Assembly (NCBI GenBank): GCA_965222075.1
Contig: OZ244937.1
Span: 3,520,001 to 3,584,000, forward strand
Length of the DNA stretch: 64,000 nucleotides
Direction: 5' to 3'
Origin: Candidatus Latescibacterota bacterium
GTDB taxonomy: Bacteria; Latescibacterota; UBA2968; GCA-2709665
Made by a program: the position numbers and the translations under genes. The notes under the pieces are model-generated. The model ran no database searches. It saw nothing but the letters and a program-made list of their open reading frames with translations, and was not told the DNA's origin. Shown here in pieces: positions 1 to 9,575 of the stretch; positions within the stretch are counted from its first letter, which is position 1; each line of letters starts with the position of its first letter.

Positions 1-1
1 A

Positions 2-1297
2 AGAAGACAGAAGAAATACGGCTTCTTCCATTCTGTATTCTGTATTCTGTATTCTGTATTCCTTTCTCTTTTGGTAGCGCACCCCGCCGGGGCGGACAGG
101 CTCCTCATTCCCATGGACCTGGAACAGGCCAACCACCTCAAGGCCTACGGCATCGCCTACTGGACGCTGCAGCGGAACCTCGACGTGGAATGGCTTCTCA
201 ACTACCGCGGCGGCGCCTTTATGATGGACGCTGTGGACGCCGTCGGCCGGGAATGCCGGCTCCGAGATGTCACCTTCCTGCGCATCTCCGAGGCCCAGGC
301 CGCCCGAATCTATGCCGAAATGGAAGCGGGCAACATGGACCCCATACACCTGGAAAAAGCGCCCAAAATCGCCGTCTACACCCCCCCCAATAAGCAACCC
401 TGGGACGACGCGGTCACCTTAGCGCTCACCTATGCGGAGATCCCCTACGATACCCTCTGGGACGAACAGGTCCTCACCGGCAAACTCGCCGAATACGACT
501 GGCTCCACCTCCACCACGAAGACTTTACCGGGCAATACGGAAAGTTCTACAAAAGCCACGGAAACCAGCTTTGGTACCGGCAACAGCAGGCGCAATTCGA
601 AGCCCTCGCCCGCGGCCTCGAGTTTTCCAAGGTCTCCATTGAAAAGGGCGCCGTGGCCAGGGCCATCTTCGACTACATCCACAACGGCGGCTTCCTCTTT
701 GCCATGTGCTCTGCCACCGACACCTTCGACATCGCCTTAGCCGCCTGGGGCGTGGACATCGTCGATTCGGTCTACGATGGAGATCCGCCCGACCCTCAAG
801 CCCAGGAGAAACTCGACTTCTCTCGCACCGTCGCTTTCGAAAACTTCCAGTTAATCACCGACCCGATGGTATACGAATTCTCCGATATCGATGTCTCCCC
901 CACAGAAATGGGCCAACCCCGCGGCCCCGAAGCCGATGCCTTCACCCTCTTTGAATTCTCGGCCAAATACGACCCGGTGCCCACCATGCTCACCCAGAAT
1001 CACGTCCCTGTTGTCCGGGGCTTTCTCGGGCAGACCACCGCCTTCCACAAGAGCCAAATCAAGAAACCGGTTACCGTCCTGGGCCAGGTCACCAGCACCG
1101 ACCAGGTCAAGTACATCCACGGCAACGTCGGCCGGGGGACCTTTACCTACCTTGCCGGACACGACCCGGAAGACTACCAGCACTTCGTGGGCGACCCACC
1201 CACCCAGCTCGTCCTGCGCAAGCACTCCCCCGGCTACCGGCTCATCCTCAACAACATCCTCTTCCCGGCTGCGAAGAAGCAGAAGCGAAAAACATAG
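2..1297 (+). CDS. Secreted conserved protein (FCB-group family often labelled asparagine synthetase B; glutamine amidotransferase-like), 5' partial
   Basis: Frame is open back to base 2 (RRQKKYGFFHSVFCILYSVFLSLLVAHPAGA, signal-peptide-like). Motifs HLKAYG, WLLNYRGG, DWLHLHHEDFTGQYGKFY, GHDPEDYQH. Confidence 0.7.
   Translation, partial: RRQKKYGFFHSVFCILYSVFLSLLVAHPAGADRLLIPMDLEQANHLKAYGIAYWTLQRNLDVEWLLNYRGGAFMMDAVDAVGRECRLRDVTFLRISEAQAARIYAEMEAGNMDPIHLEKAPKIAVYTPPNKQPWDDAVTLALTYAEIPYDTLWDEQVLTGKLAEYDWLHLHHEDFTGQYGKFYKSHGNQLWYRQQQAQFEALARGLEFSKVSIEKGAVARAIFDYIHNGGFLFAMCSATDTFDIALAAWGVDIVDSVYDGDPPDPQAQEKLDFSRTVAFENFQLITDPMVYEFSDIDVSPTEMGQPRGPEADAFTLFEFSAKYDPVPTMLTQNHVPVVRGFLGQTTAFHKSQIKKPVTVLGQVTSTDQVKYIHGNVGRGTFTYLAGHDPEDYQHFVGDPPTQLVLRKHSPGYRLILNNILFPAAKKQKRKT
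31..61 (+). repeat. Heptamer tandem repeat (TTCTGTA)x4 inside the signal peptide
   Basis: ttctgta ttctgta ttctgta ttctgta ttc read directly. Confidence 0.9.
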
Positions 1298-1412
1298 AGG
1301 CCGTGACAAACGTGAAACCGCCCCCTCTATCCTACCCCAAAACCCTGGCTCTGGCTTCCGGAAGATGATGTGTAGGGACGTTTCACATTTCACATTCAAG
1401 GAACACACACCA

Positions 1413-2408
1413 ATGCCTGAAGAACAGAACGGCGACCTCGACGCCGTCGAAAAACTCAGAACTGCATACACCCGGATCGTCAACGAAATCGGCAAAGTCA
1501 TCGTCGGCCAAAAAGAGATCATCGACCAGCTCCTCATCGCCCTCCTCTGCGGTGGACACGGCCTGCTTATGGGTGTGCCCGGACTGGCCAAAACCCTTCT
1601 CATCAGCACCCTTGCCCGGTCGCTGAGCCTCGGTTTCAGCCGCATTCAGTTTACCCCGGACCTGATGCCCTCCGACATCACCGGCACCGAGGTTCTGGAA
1701 GAGGATCACACCACCGGCCACAAAGCTTTCCGCTTTGTCAAAGGCCCCATCTTCGCCAACATCATCTTAGCCGACGAAATCAACCGTACGCCCCCCAAAA
1801 CCCAGGCCGCCCTCTTACAGGCCATGCAGGAACACGAGGTCACCGCCGGCGGCGACACCTTTCGCCTCAGTGAGCCCTTTTTCGTTCTCGCCACCCAGAA
1901 CCCCATCGAACAGGAAGGCACCTATCCCCTCCCGGAGGCGCAACTCGACCGGTTCATCTTCAATCTGTGGATCGACTACCCTTCCCAAGAGGAAGAGAAA
2001 CAAATCGTTCGCACCACCACCAGCGCCTACACCGCCCATGTAAAACCGGTGCTCGACGCCCCACAAATCGTCAACCTCCAGCAACTCATCCGGAAAGTCC
2101 CCGTCGCCGACCACGTCATCGACTACGCCGTAGGCCTGGCGCGCAAAACCCGCCCCGGTGCCAACGGCGCTCCCGCCTACATTGCCGAACTGGTCAGTTG
2201 GGGTGCCGGCCCTCGGGCCTCCCAGTTCCTGATCCTGGGCGCCAAGGCCCGCGCCATTTTAGAGGGCCGCTACGCCGCTTCTATCGATGACGTAAAATCC
2301 GTCGCCATCCCCGTCCTCCGTCACCGCATCGTCACCAGCTTCAACGCCGAGGCCGAAGGCGTCACCGCTTTGGACATTGTCAAACGGCTGAGAGACGAAA
2401 CCACCTGA
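1413..2408 (+). CDS. moxR: MoxR-family AAA+ ATPase
   Basis: GVPGLAKT Walker A, RIQFTPDLMPSDITG, ILADEINR, ATQNPIEQEGTYPLPEAQLDRF. Likely start MPEEQ at 1413. Confidence 0.93.
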   Translation: MPEEQNGDLDAVEKLRTAYTRIVNEIGKVIVGQKEIIDQLLIALLCGGHGLLMGVPGLAKTLLISTLARSLSLGFSRIQFTPDLMPSDITGTEVLEEDHTTGHKAFRFVKGPIFANIILADEINRTPPKTQAALLQAMQEHEVTAGGDTFRLSEPFFVLATQNPIEQEGTYPLPEAQLDRFIFNLWIDYPSQEEEKQIVRTTTSAYTAHVKPVLDAPQIVNLQQLIRKVPVADHVIDYAVGLARKTRPGANGAPAYIAELVSWGAGPRASQFLILGAKARAILEGRYAASIDDVKSVAIPVLRHRIVTSFNAEAEGVTALDIVKRLRDETT

Positions 2409-2422
2409 TTTCGCAATTCCAC

Positions 2423-3319
2423 ATGCCCGACATCCGTGATTACCTCAGACCCGACGTTGTCGCCCGCATCTCCCGGCTGGACTTAGTCGCCCGGTTGGTG
2501 GTCGAAGGCTTCATCACCGGCCTCCACCAGAGCCCCTACCACGGCTTCTCCGTCGAATTCTCCGAATACCGGCAGTACATGCCCGGAGACCCCGTCCGGG
2601 ACATCGACTGGAAGGTCTACGGCAAGACCGATCGGCTCTACGTCAAACAGTACGAAGAGGAGACCAACCTCAAAGCCTATCTCCTCTTAGATGTGAGCGC
2701 CTCCATGGGCTACGGATCGGGCGGCCTGAACAAATTTCAATACGCAGTCTACACCGCCGCCGCCCTCGCCCACCTCATGCTGCGCCAGCGCGACGCCGTA
2801 AGTTTGGTCGCTTTTGACGCGGGCATCCAGAACTACATCCCCCCCCGCTCGGTGGGCAGCCACCTCCACACCCTCCTTCACGCCCTGCAGGAGGCCACCC
2901 CCAAAGGCACCGACACCGACCTTGCCCGGGCATTTCACGACCTCGCCGAACAGATCGTGCGCCGCGGCCTCATCATCGTCCTCTCCGACCTCTTAGACGA
3001 TCCCCAAACCCTCCTCTCCGGCCTCAAACACTTCCGGCACCGTAAGCACGAAGTGATCGTCTTCCACATCCTCGACCCCAGGGAACAGGACCTCGCCTTC
3101 GACCGCGAGACCCGCTTTGTAGACCTCGAATCCGGCGCCTGGGTCGCAACCGAACCCTGGCACATCGCCCCCGACTACCAGGCGCACATGGACGCATTGA
3201 TCGATCGCTTTCGCCGGGAATGCCGCGAAAGCCTCATCGACTACGTCCCCCTCGACACCACACACCCCTTCGACACAGCCCTCTTCAATTACCTTGCAAA
3301 ACGCAAACGCCTGATGTAA
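2423..3319 (+). CDS. DUF58 family (vWA-like) MoxR partner
   Basis: GLHQSPYHGFSVEFSEYRQYMPGD, IDWKVYGKTD, LLDVSASM. Confidence 0.9.
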   Translation: MPDIRDYLRPDVVARISRLDLVARLVVEGFITGLHQSPYHGFSVEFSEYRQYMPGDPVRDIDWKVYGKTDRLYVKQYEEETNLKAYLLLDVSASMGYGSGGLNKFQYAVYTAAALAHLMLRQRDAVSLVAFDAGIQNYIPPRSVGSHLHTLLHALQEATPKGTDTDLARAFHDLAEQIVRRGLIIVLSDLLDDPQTLLSGLKHFRHRKHEVIVFHILDPREQDLAFDRETRFVDLESGAWVATEPWHIAPDYQAHMDALIDRFRRECRESLIDYVPLDTTHPFDTALFNYLAKRKRLM

Positions 3320-3326
3320 TATCACC

Positions 3327-3350
3327 GTAAGGGCACGGCATGCCGTGCAC
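3327..3350 (+). repeat. GTAG-type REP-like palindrome
   Basis: gtaagggcacggcatgccgtgcac; near-identical copy at 44942-44966. Confidence 0.7.
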
Positions 3351-3374
3351 AACGTCGAACCCGGAGAAACCGTT

Positions 3375-4415
3375 ATGGATAAGGTAAGAATAGGCATCCT
3401 CGGCATCGGCAAGATGGGGCGCACCCACATCGAGGCGCTTCGGGACGTCGAGCGGGGAGAGGCGGTGGCCGTAACCGACCCGGCCCATTTCCCGGACGCC
3501 GGTCCGAATTTGGCCAGGGAGTACGGTCTGGATTACGAGGAAGACATCGACGCCCTGGTCGCCCGAAAGGATATTGACGCCGTCATCGTCACCACCCCCC
3601 ATGCGTTCCATGCAGCGCACGCGGTTCAGGCCTTCCAGGCCGGAAAACACGTACTCGTAGAGAAACCCCTGGAGTTAACCCTTGAGAAATGCAACCATAT
3701 CATCGAGGCGGCGGCCCTCGCAAAACGAAAGCTCATGGTCGCCCAGAGCCACCGCTACTGGGAGGGAGGCGCAATCGCCAAGCAGCTGCTAAAAGAGGGA
3801 GCCATCGGCAACCTGCTCATGTGCAGGGATGTACTGGCCGGGCCCGGATACCGGAAGTTCAACCCCGAAAAGGCCTGGTTCACGGACCTGAGCCTCTACG
3901 GCCCGGGCGGCCTGATCGCCTGGGGTGTCCACGACACGGACCGGCTGCGCTGGTGGTTTGACTCCGAAGCGGATACGGTCTTTGCCCATTCCTTTTCGCT
4001 GCGCACGGAAGTCCCGGACGATCGCACCTCGGATATGGTCATGATCACGTTTCAGAACGGCGGATGTGCCCACCTTTTGTACTCGGAAGCCCTCCCGCCC
4101 CCGGGCTGGAAGGGGTACTCCTGCCACGCCCAGCTGATCGGCGACGAAGGCTTGATGGACGTAGACCCCTACAATCAGGTCAGGGTCGCCCGGAAAGGAA
4201 CGGGCGAATGGGAGACCGTATACGACCACGCAGCGGTGGAGGATCCCCGCCAGAAGGCCTTCTCGGATGAGGTCCGGGACTTCGTCCGGTGCATCGTAGA
4301 CGACACCCCTCCCCCGGTAAGGGGCGCAGACGGCCGGGCCGCGGTGGAAATATGCCTGGCCGCCTACCGGTCTTCGGAAACGGGAGAGGCCGTAAAATTG
4401 CCTCTGGCAGATTAA
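3375..4415 (+). CDS. Gfo/Idh/MocA-family oxidoreductase
   Basis: GILGIGKMG, GKHVLVEKP, GVHDTD. Confidence 0.9.
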   Translation: MDKVRIGILGIGKMGRTHIEALRDVERGEAVAVTDPAHFPDAGPNLAREYGLDYEEDIDALVARKDIDAVIVTTPHAFHAAHAVQAFQAGKHVLVEKPLELTLEKCNHIIEAAALAKRKLMVAQSHRYWEGGAIAKQLLKEGAIGNLLMCRDVLAGPGYRKFNPEKAWFTDLSLYGPGGLIAWGVHDTDRLRWWFDSEADTVFAHSFSLRTEVPDDRTSDMVMITFQNGGCAHLLYSEALPPPGWKGYSCHAQLIGDEGLMDVDPYNQVRVARKGTGEWETVYDHAAVEDPRQKAFSDEVRDFVRCIVDDTPPPVRGADGRAAVEICLAAYRSSETGEAVKLPLAD

Positions 4416-4471
4416 AGGCCCATACCCATAGCACACGGCCGTGTGCCCCCGACATCCATGGTCAAATGACA

Positions 4472-4497
4472 AGGGGCGCACTGCTGTGCGCCCCTAC
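4472..4497 (-). repeat. GTAG-type REP-like palindrome
   Basis: Minus strand gtaggggcgcacagcagtgcgcccct, between convergent genes. Confidence 0.75.
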
Positions 4498-4547
4498 GAT
4501 ACATGAATCAAACACCTGGATACCGCCTCTCTCCCTCCCTACAAAGA

Positions 4548-5087
4548 TCAACCCACCGCCTGCCTCAAAAAATCGAGACTCCTGCCGGTCCAATTGCTCA
4601 AAATCACCTGGAACCGGATCAGGTGGACGTTGCCCTCTGCAATCTTATTGTTTACCTCCTGGGAAACGATCGGAATCTCAAACGCCGTCTCGCGCAAAAA
4701 GAGCTCAAAGGCCTCCTGGTACGCCTCCAAAGCCTCCTCGTACTCGGTGTGAAGAAGGCGGAGTTCCGCATTTTCAGGCCGAACCCCCCGGACCTGTTCC
4801 CGGAGGAGCTTCACGCGATTGATCAGGTTCACCGTATACTGCTGCGTCCAGTACTTCGACGCCTGCCCTCTCGTCCAGCTCTGTGAAATCACGGTATACT
4901 CACTGATCATCACCGCAACCGACTCAAACGACCTTTGCACATGACCTATATAGGCCTCTACCTCCGCACTCCGGACGAACACCATCTGCCCCTCAGGCGC
5001 CCCCGGCTCCGGCACCTCCGGACTGCTGGTTGGAGAGGAAGACCCGCATCCGACGCAGACCAGCAAGACCACCATCCAGCGTTTCAT
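4548..5087 (-). CDS. Hypothetical lipoprotein
   Basis: MKRWMVVLLVCVGC lipobox-like N-terminus, helical body, SD ggagg upstream. Confidence 0.65.
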   Translation of the reverse strand: MKRWMVVLLVCVGCGSSSPTSSPEVPEPGAPEGQMVFVRSAEVEAYIGHVQRSFESVAVMISEYTVISQSWTRGQASKYWTQQYTVNLINRVKLLREQVRGVRPENAELRLLHTEYEEALEAYQEAFELFLRETAFEIPIVSQEVNNKIAEGNVHLIRFQVILSNWTGRSLDFLRQAVG

Positions 5088-5154
5088 CGACCTCCAGCCC
5101 TTTCCATTTCGGATTGTGTATTGCTTCTTTCTCTTTTTTGGCGCCCAACCGCAA

Positions 5155-5445
5155 TTAACTCACCGGCTGTCTCCCCTCAGGCCGTTCCAATTCAACCTTG
5201 AGATCAAGAGCGTGACACACCTTCAGGAAGGTCGTCAAATTACAATTGATCCCATTTTCCACTTTCGACAATTGCTGCTGGGTGATCTTTGCTCTCCTGG
5301 CAACCTCCTTTTGAGAAAGGCCTACCTGCTCTCGCATACGATAGATTTGCAGAGACAGCTCTGTGAGTTGCTTCTCTTCTTCGTAGAATCGCCTGAATCC
5401 TTCATCTTTCAGCTTCTCTTTCAGATGACTTCTAAAGCTCTTCAC
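5155..5445 (-). CDS. HigA-like XRE helix-turn-helix antitoxin
   Basis: GLSQKEVARRAKITQQQLSKVENG HTH; GTG start at 5445 overlaps the end of the toxin gene. Confidence 0.85.
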   Translation of the reverse strand: MKSFRSHLKEKLKDEGFRRFYEEEKQLTELSLQIYRMREQVGLSQKEVARRAKITQQQLSKVENGINCNLTTFLKVCHALDLKVELERPEGRQPVS

Positions 5446-5821
5446 CGAGTTCCTCCTCCAATCGCTGCTGATCATATCGAGACAAGAAATCAGATCGATA
5501 CCACCTGGCAAGGTCAATTTCAGATTGCGGCACACGCTGGGTACGTTTCACAAACCCATGGGTCAAGACGATGAAGCCCCTGAAGCGAAAAAAGTAGAGA
5601 ATGCGCACCTGATCACCGGAGAGCTTCAATCTCAGTTCATGGATACCATCTTCCAGAAGGTCCGCATAGGGTCTGGGTAGATTTGGACCTTGTGCTTCCA
5701 ATTGGGCAATCCAGCTGAGCGTTTTAGCCTGATCGCGATCTTTCCGTGCATCCATGAACTCTTGGACGGGACAATGGCCAGTTTCAGCTTCATAGTAGAT
5801 GATGTGCCATTTGCGATCCAT
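5432..5821 (-). CDS. RelE/HigB (Gp49-like) type II toxin
   Basis: GPNLPRPYADLLEDGIHELR, RILYFF, VLTHGFVKRTQRVP. Confidence 0.88.
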   Translation of the reverse strand: MDRKWHIIYYEAETGHCPVQEFMDARKDRDQAKTLSWIAQLEAQGPNLPRPYADLLEDGIHELRLKLSGDQVRILYFFRFRGFIVLTHGFVKRTQRVPQSEIDLARWYRSDFLSRYDQQRLEEELGEEL

Positions 5822-5878
5822 GTTAAATATACATCATAAATGATGTTTCTTCAAGATAAAAATCAGTCAGAGCTTAGA

Positions 5879-6082
5879 CTAATTACGCATTTTCTTAATC
5901 TCGTTGAGGATCTCGTCTAATGTCATATCCTTGAAAATTTGCTCCCGCTCTTGGGTATAATTGCCGTAACCTGTCGTAAATTGATTGATGAAACGTATCG
6001 TATTCGCAATACCAATCTCTTTGGAAAGCACTTCAAGGGCCTCTTTGGTTATTTCACTCAAAGCTTTTTCCTGAACTGTCAT
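5879..6082 (-). CDS. Small protein typically paired with PIN toxins (putative antitoxin)
   Basis: 67 aa, ALEVLSKEIGIANTIRFINQFTTGYGNYT; ATGA overlap with the upstream PIN remnant. Confidence 0.65.
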   Translation of the reverse strand: MTVQEKALSEITKEALEVLSKEIGIANTIRFINQFTTGYGNYTQEREQIFKDMTLDEILNEIKKMRN

Positions 6083-6263
6083 CTCTCAATCTCCGATATG
6101 AGTTCGGTGGGAGAAACTACCTGCACTCGAAGATTTTCTAATGCCTCCGCTCGCCTCAGAAATCTATCATCACAGGTACAGAAATAATCTGCTCCTGCTT
6201 CTTCTGCTGTGTCTTGCTGTCCAGGGGGCGCTACAAGCTACAATTATCAAGATATATTTTCAT
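6079..6263 (-). pseudogene. PIN-domain toxin pseudogene (nonsense codon plus internal deletion)
   Basis: MKIYLDNCSL*RPLDSKTQ joined out of frame to AEEAGADYFCTCDDRFLRRAE...VVSPTELISEIER*. Confidence 0.75.
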
Positions 6264-6389
6264 AGTTTACAATATCATAGATGTATCGGGGCTTCTCTCC
6301 TAAAAGATACTGCCATCAAGGCCAAGAATCAAGGTAAAACATTCAACAAAGCAGTTGTCATGCGCCCTACACGCCCGCTCACCCGTCTC

Positions 6390-6501
6390 GCCTCCCCCGC
6401 CTTCGGGGCGCCTGCGGGCTGGTGCCCCCCCACCGCATCAGCCGTCGCCTGTCGGCTCGGCTTCTGCGACTCCCCCTCAAGGGGGGAGTAATGAGGGGGG
6501 G
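6390..6501. repeat. GC-rich palindromic REP/MITE-like element overlapping the 3' end of the aadK-like gene
   Basis: actccccctcaaggggggagt hairpin with C/G-run flanks; supplies the GPPSLLPP* terminus. Confidence 0.45.
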
Positions 6502-7346
6502 CCGTGAATTTCCGCCAGGTATCGTGTGACGTTGTGCTCAAGGGGGTAGGAGTAACCCAGATGAGCCCCAACTTCGGACGCCAATCGCCCGAATATTTCG
6601 GCTGTCTTAAACATAGCCTTCCAGTTCTCTTCCCGGTCTGCTCCCGCGAAAGTCGCCTCGATCTCCGACCACAGGTGGGGTTCCAGTTGTTTCTTGAACC
6701 ATCTGCCATAGGCCCCAGGATTTGACTTCCAGCTATTCTTCATCCCGAGATACCAGGCGATCACAGTTTTCAGATAGTGATGATGAAGAGAGTTGTCATG
6801 CATATACTTTGCAAAGAACAACTCGTCCCGGGATAAATACTTCGCTACGTAGGTGATATTCCACCAGAAATGGTGAACAAGCTTCTCGTATTCGGATTCA
6901 GTTGGCTGTTTTGTCCAATACTGAGTGTACGTCGGCGGAACCGCTCCTTGGGTAAGACCATCCTTGTCGACCAGGACGGTATACCCCATGTCGTTTGTAT
7001 AGCCTCCATATGTACTGATATCCTTTTCTATGGCTTCTGGCAACATGATGTGGAAATCAACCCTTGGGGCGTCCTTGAATATCACAAGGCGCCAAACATC
7101 GTTCTCGTCCCCAATAACCGGTTTATACGGTTCGCGGACCAGGACTTCCCCGAATACCTCCAGCCACCCGTCTCCTGCCAGAAATGGCTGTAGATCTTCG
7201 ACATATAGTTCGATGTCATAGTCTGACAAGGCGTCAACTGGTGCATTCGGATTCGCACGAGTGCTGGTAAGGATTGCTACTCGGACGTTCTCGTTATCTT
7301 CTGCCCAGTCCGATACTTCTCTTGCCATGTTTCGTGCATTGTGCAT
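6477..7346 (-). CDS. Aminoglycoside 6-adenylyltransferase (AadK/AadE) family protein
   Basis: ENVRVAILTSTRANPNAPVDALSDYDIE, VLVDKDG, FWWNITYVAKYLSRDEL. Confidence 0.85.
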   Translation of the reverse strand: MHNARNMAREVSDWAEDNENVRVAILTSTRANPNAPVDALSDYDIELYVEDLQPFLAGDGWLEVFGEVLVREPYKPVIGDENDVWRLVIFKDAPRVDFHIMLPEAIEKDISTYGGYTNDMGYTVLVDKDGLTQGAVPPTYTQYWTKQPTESEYEKLVHHFWWNITYVAKYLSRDELFFAKYMHDNSLHHHYLKTVIAWYLGMKNSWKSNPGAYGRWFKKQLEPHLWSEIEATFAGADREENWKAMFKTAEIFGRLASEVGAHLGYSYPLEHNVTRYLAEIHGPPSLLPP

Positions 7347-7393
7347 CCAGCCCTCGGTATATTGGACATTGGTGGGGTGGTGTGTGCGATTTC

Positions 7394-7509
7394 CGCTAAC
7401 GTTTCACGGTTTGCGAACCCCGAGCTCGGCCGCTGAGCCTGTCGAAGCGTGTCGAGGGGTTGCCGAAGGCCAAGGAGCCTGGCGCCGCAGTGCAAATCCG
7501 CTGTTATGC
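7394..7509 (-). mobile_element. Integron attC site (116 bp)
   Basis: Minus strand GCATAAC agcggatttgc ... gcaaaccgtgaaac GTTAGCG. The arms pair with one extra base; the next gene starts about 50-65 bp after GTT. Confidence 0.75.
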
Positions 7510-7641
7510 ATTGTGCCGCTTGCGATCAGTCAAACCCATCAAGGGGCAGTAATCAGCCATGCAGTTTCCGTTTTTCATGTTTTTCGTCTTTTGGGGGTAT
7601 GGGGACTTCACTTCAGATCCTTCGGCATCATTATTTTCTCG

Positions 7642-8568
7642 TTATCGACGGGCGTATTTCCTGACAAAGGGTTGGTTGACCGTTGTTGAAGTGAGGATAT
7701 GATACCTCGCGGGTTTTCTGAAGGCGTTCCCCCATGTTTCGAGCTTCCTGTACTCTCGCATGGCTTCCAAGTCAAAGTTAGCCAGGTACACACCTTCGTC
7801 TTCTCCTGAACGAACCACCAGATTATTCCTCAGATTCCCGTTTCTAAGATAAACCATCCCATCGAAAGCAACGGATTGCCCTGGCTTTCCTGGTTCCCCC
7901 ACATAATTAGCTAATGCTACTCCAACCATGTTCTCCATTGCCCTGGCCCGAATGATTCCGGTTCTGACTTCATTCATATCGCAAGAGGTCGGTACAATGA
8001 TTAACTCCGCGCCTTTTAGCATCAGGATTCGAGCACTTTCAGGGAATTCCATGTCGTAGCAGATCATAGCCCCGATCTCTACATCGCCTTGTCGCGTATC
8101 TAAGGTGGCAACATAGAAATCATCGCCTGGTGAGCAGGCAGCTTCCAGAGAGAAATCACAAGTATGCACTTTCGCGTACGTCATGACGCGATTTCCGTGG
8201 CGATCAAACAAGGTCGCGGAATTACGTGGTAAATCTGAAGTCGCCTCAAGATACGTTATGGCGATTGCCACTTCTAACTCCTTGGCCAGGTCAGCAAAGC
8301 GCATAACAAACTCACCGTCCGTTGGGATGGCACGGCGTTTCCACGCTTCACGCAGCTCAGGATATCGAGGATGGGATGGATCATAATTTTGATCCCAGAC
8401 TTCATCATGATAAGCCGTGTACCCGATATTCCACATCTCAGGAAACAGGACGAGATCGGCTCCCATAGAAGCCGCCTTCTTACAGAACTCAACTCCCTTG
8501 GCCAGGTTGGCGTGTTGGTCAAATCCGTGGGAGTTCATCTGAAGTAAAGCAACCGTAATCGTGGCCAT
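7642..8568 (-). CDS. Carbon-nitrogen hydrolase (nitrilase superfamily)
   Basis: VLFPEMW, YAKVH, ICYDMEFPE catalytic E-K-C; likely start MATITVALLQ. Confidence 0.9.
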   Translation of the reverse strand: MATITVALLQMNSHGFDQHANLAKGVEFCKKAASMGADLVLFPEMWNIGYTAYHDEVWDQNYDPSHPRYPELREAWKRRAIPTDGEFVMRFADLAKELEVAIAITYLEATSDLPRNSATLFDRHGNRVMTYAKVHTCDFSLEAACSPGDDFYVATLDTRQGDVEIGAMICYDMEFPESARILMLKGAELIIVPTSCDMNEVRTGIIRARAMENMVGVALANYVGEPGKPGQSVAFDGMVYLRNGNLRNNLVVRSGEDEGVYLANFDLEAMREYRKLETWGNAFRKPARYHILTSTTVNQPFVRKYARR

Positions 8569-8609
8569 TTCGTTTTTTCTCTCTTTGATGATCCCGCTCA
8601 GGCGCGCTG

Positions 8610-9575
8610 TCAAACGTCGACTGGAACTCCTGGTTCAACATCCTCTGCATCGTAACCCGGGTAAATGCTTTGTGCATCGGGTGGTAGCTTCCTGACATGC
8701 TTGAGGAAGGCGAACGCCCTTTCAGTGTCTTCTTCCGGAAATCGGTACCCGTAGTGGTTTCCAACGGACTGAGCGGTCCGAACGAACAATCTCTGGGTCG
8801 CCAGCAGCGACGCCCAGATATCGTCATAAGCGGAGCCGGCGTAGGTGCGCTCAAACTCCCGCCAGTCCTCCGGCTCAAGGTGCTGCTGCAGGTTCTTACC
8901 TTCGCTGCCCAACGATCTCTCGAATCCCTTCGTCACGCCGATGTACCAACCGAGCATCAGGACAAGATCCTCTCGCAGACGTTCTATGTGGCATTTCAGC
9001 AGCGGGAGCTTTCGTCGCCACAAGGTCTTCGGAATATGCGAGCCGAGGGTGAAGCAGAATGTGTTGCAGCAGTCATCATACCACTGCTGCGTGGGCTCTG
9101 TGATGAAGTAGCTTCGTTCGCTCGGATTTGGGAGGTCGGGCAGGAGGCCATCCTTGTCCAGCAGAACCCGGGTCAGGCTATCTGATGGGCGACTCTCCAG
9201 CATTTCGATAGGCAAGAACCCGATATCGATGCGATTGCCGTCCGTGAACTGAACGTTGTAGGTGTAGCGGCCGTCCCCGCAGCCGGGTCGGTAGATCTGA
9301 TCCTCGACCTTTTGAACGAACATAGGAACTCCAAAATAGGGAACAACGCCACTTTCTTCTCTGAATGGTTGGACGTTCGTGACAAAGTAGACAATATCGT
9401 AGTCCCGAAATATGTCCTTCTCCGCGTTCGGGTTGGCCCGAGACCCGTTCATCACGACCACCCGGATGTGTTCATCGGCCTGGGCAAAATCGAGGACTAA
9501 TGCAAGCATTTCTTCTTCGGTACGTGTCTTCACCTGATCCTCTCTGCCAACCGGACATAATTGGAAGACATTCAC
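8610..9575 (-). CDS. Second AadK/AadE-family nucleotidyltransferase
   Basis: RTEEEMLALVL, IRVVVMNGSRANPNAEKDIFRDYDIVY, FTDGNRID, LLDKDG. Confidence 0.88.
   Translation of the reverse strand: MNVFQLCPVGREDQVKTRTEEEMLALVLDFAQADEHIRVVVMNGSRANPNAEKDIFRDYDIVYFVTNVQPFREESGVVPYFGVPMFVQKVEDQIYRPGCGDGRYTYNVQFTDGNRIDIGFLPIEMLESRPSDSLTRVLLDKDGLLPDLPNPSERSYFITEPTQQWYDDCCNTFCFTLGSHIPKTLWRRKLPLLKCHIERLREDLVLMLGWYIGVTKGFERSLGSEGKNLQQHLEPEDWREFERTYAGSAYDDIWASLLATQRLFVRTAQSVGNHYGYRFPEEDTERAFAFLKHVRKLPPDAQSIYPGYDAEDVEPGVPVDV

Noticed and set aside
891-1412. N-terminal extension of the MoxR ORF
   Set aside because: Overlaps the upstream gene with low-complexity S/T/R sequence; homology starts near 1413
1413-3319. 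MoxR-DUF58 pair without adjacent vWA/BatA genes
   Set aside because: A common arrangement; partners are often encoded elsewhere
8301-8307. GCATAAC that could serve as a cassette boundary
   Set aside because: Inside the nitrilase CDS with no palindrome; a chance match
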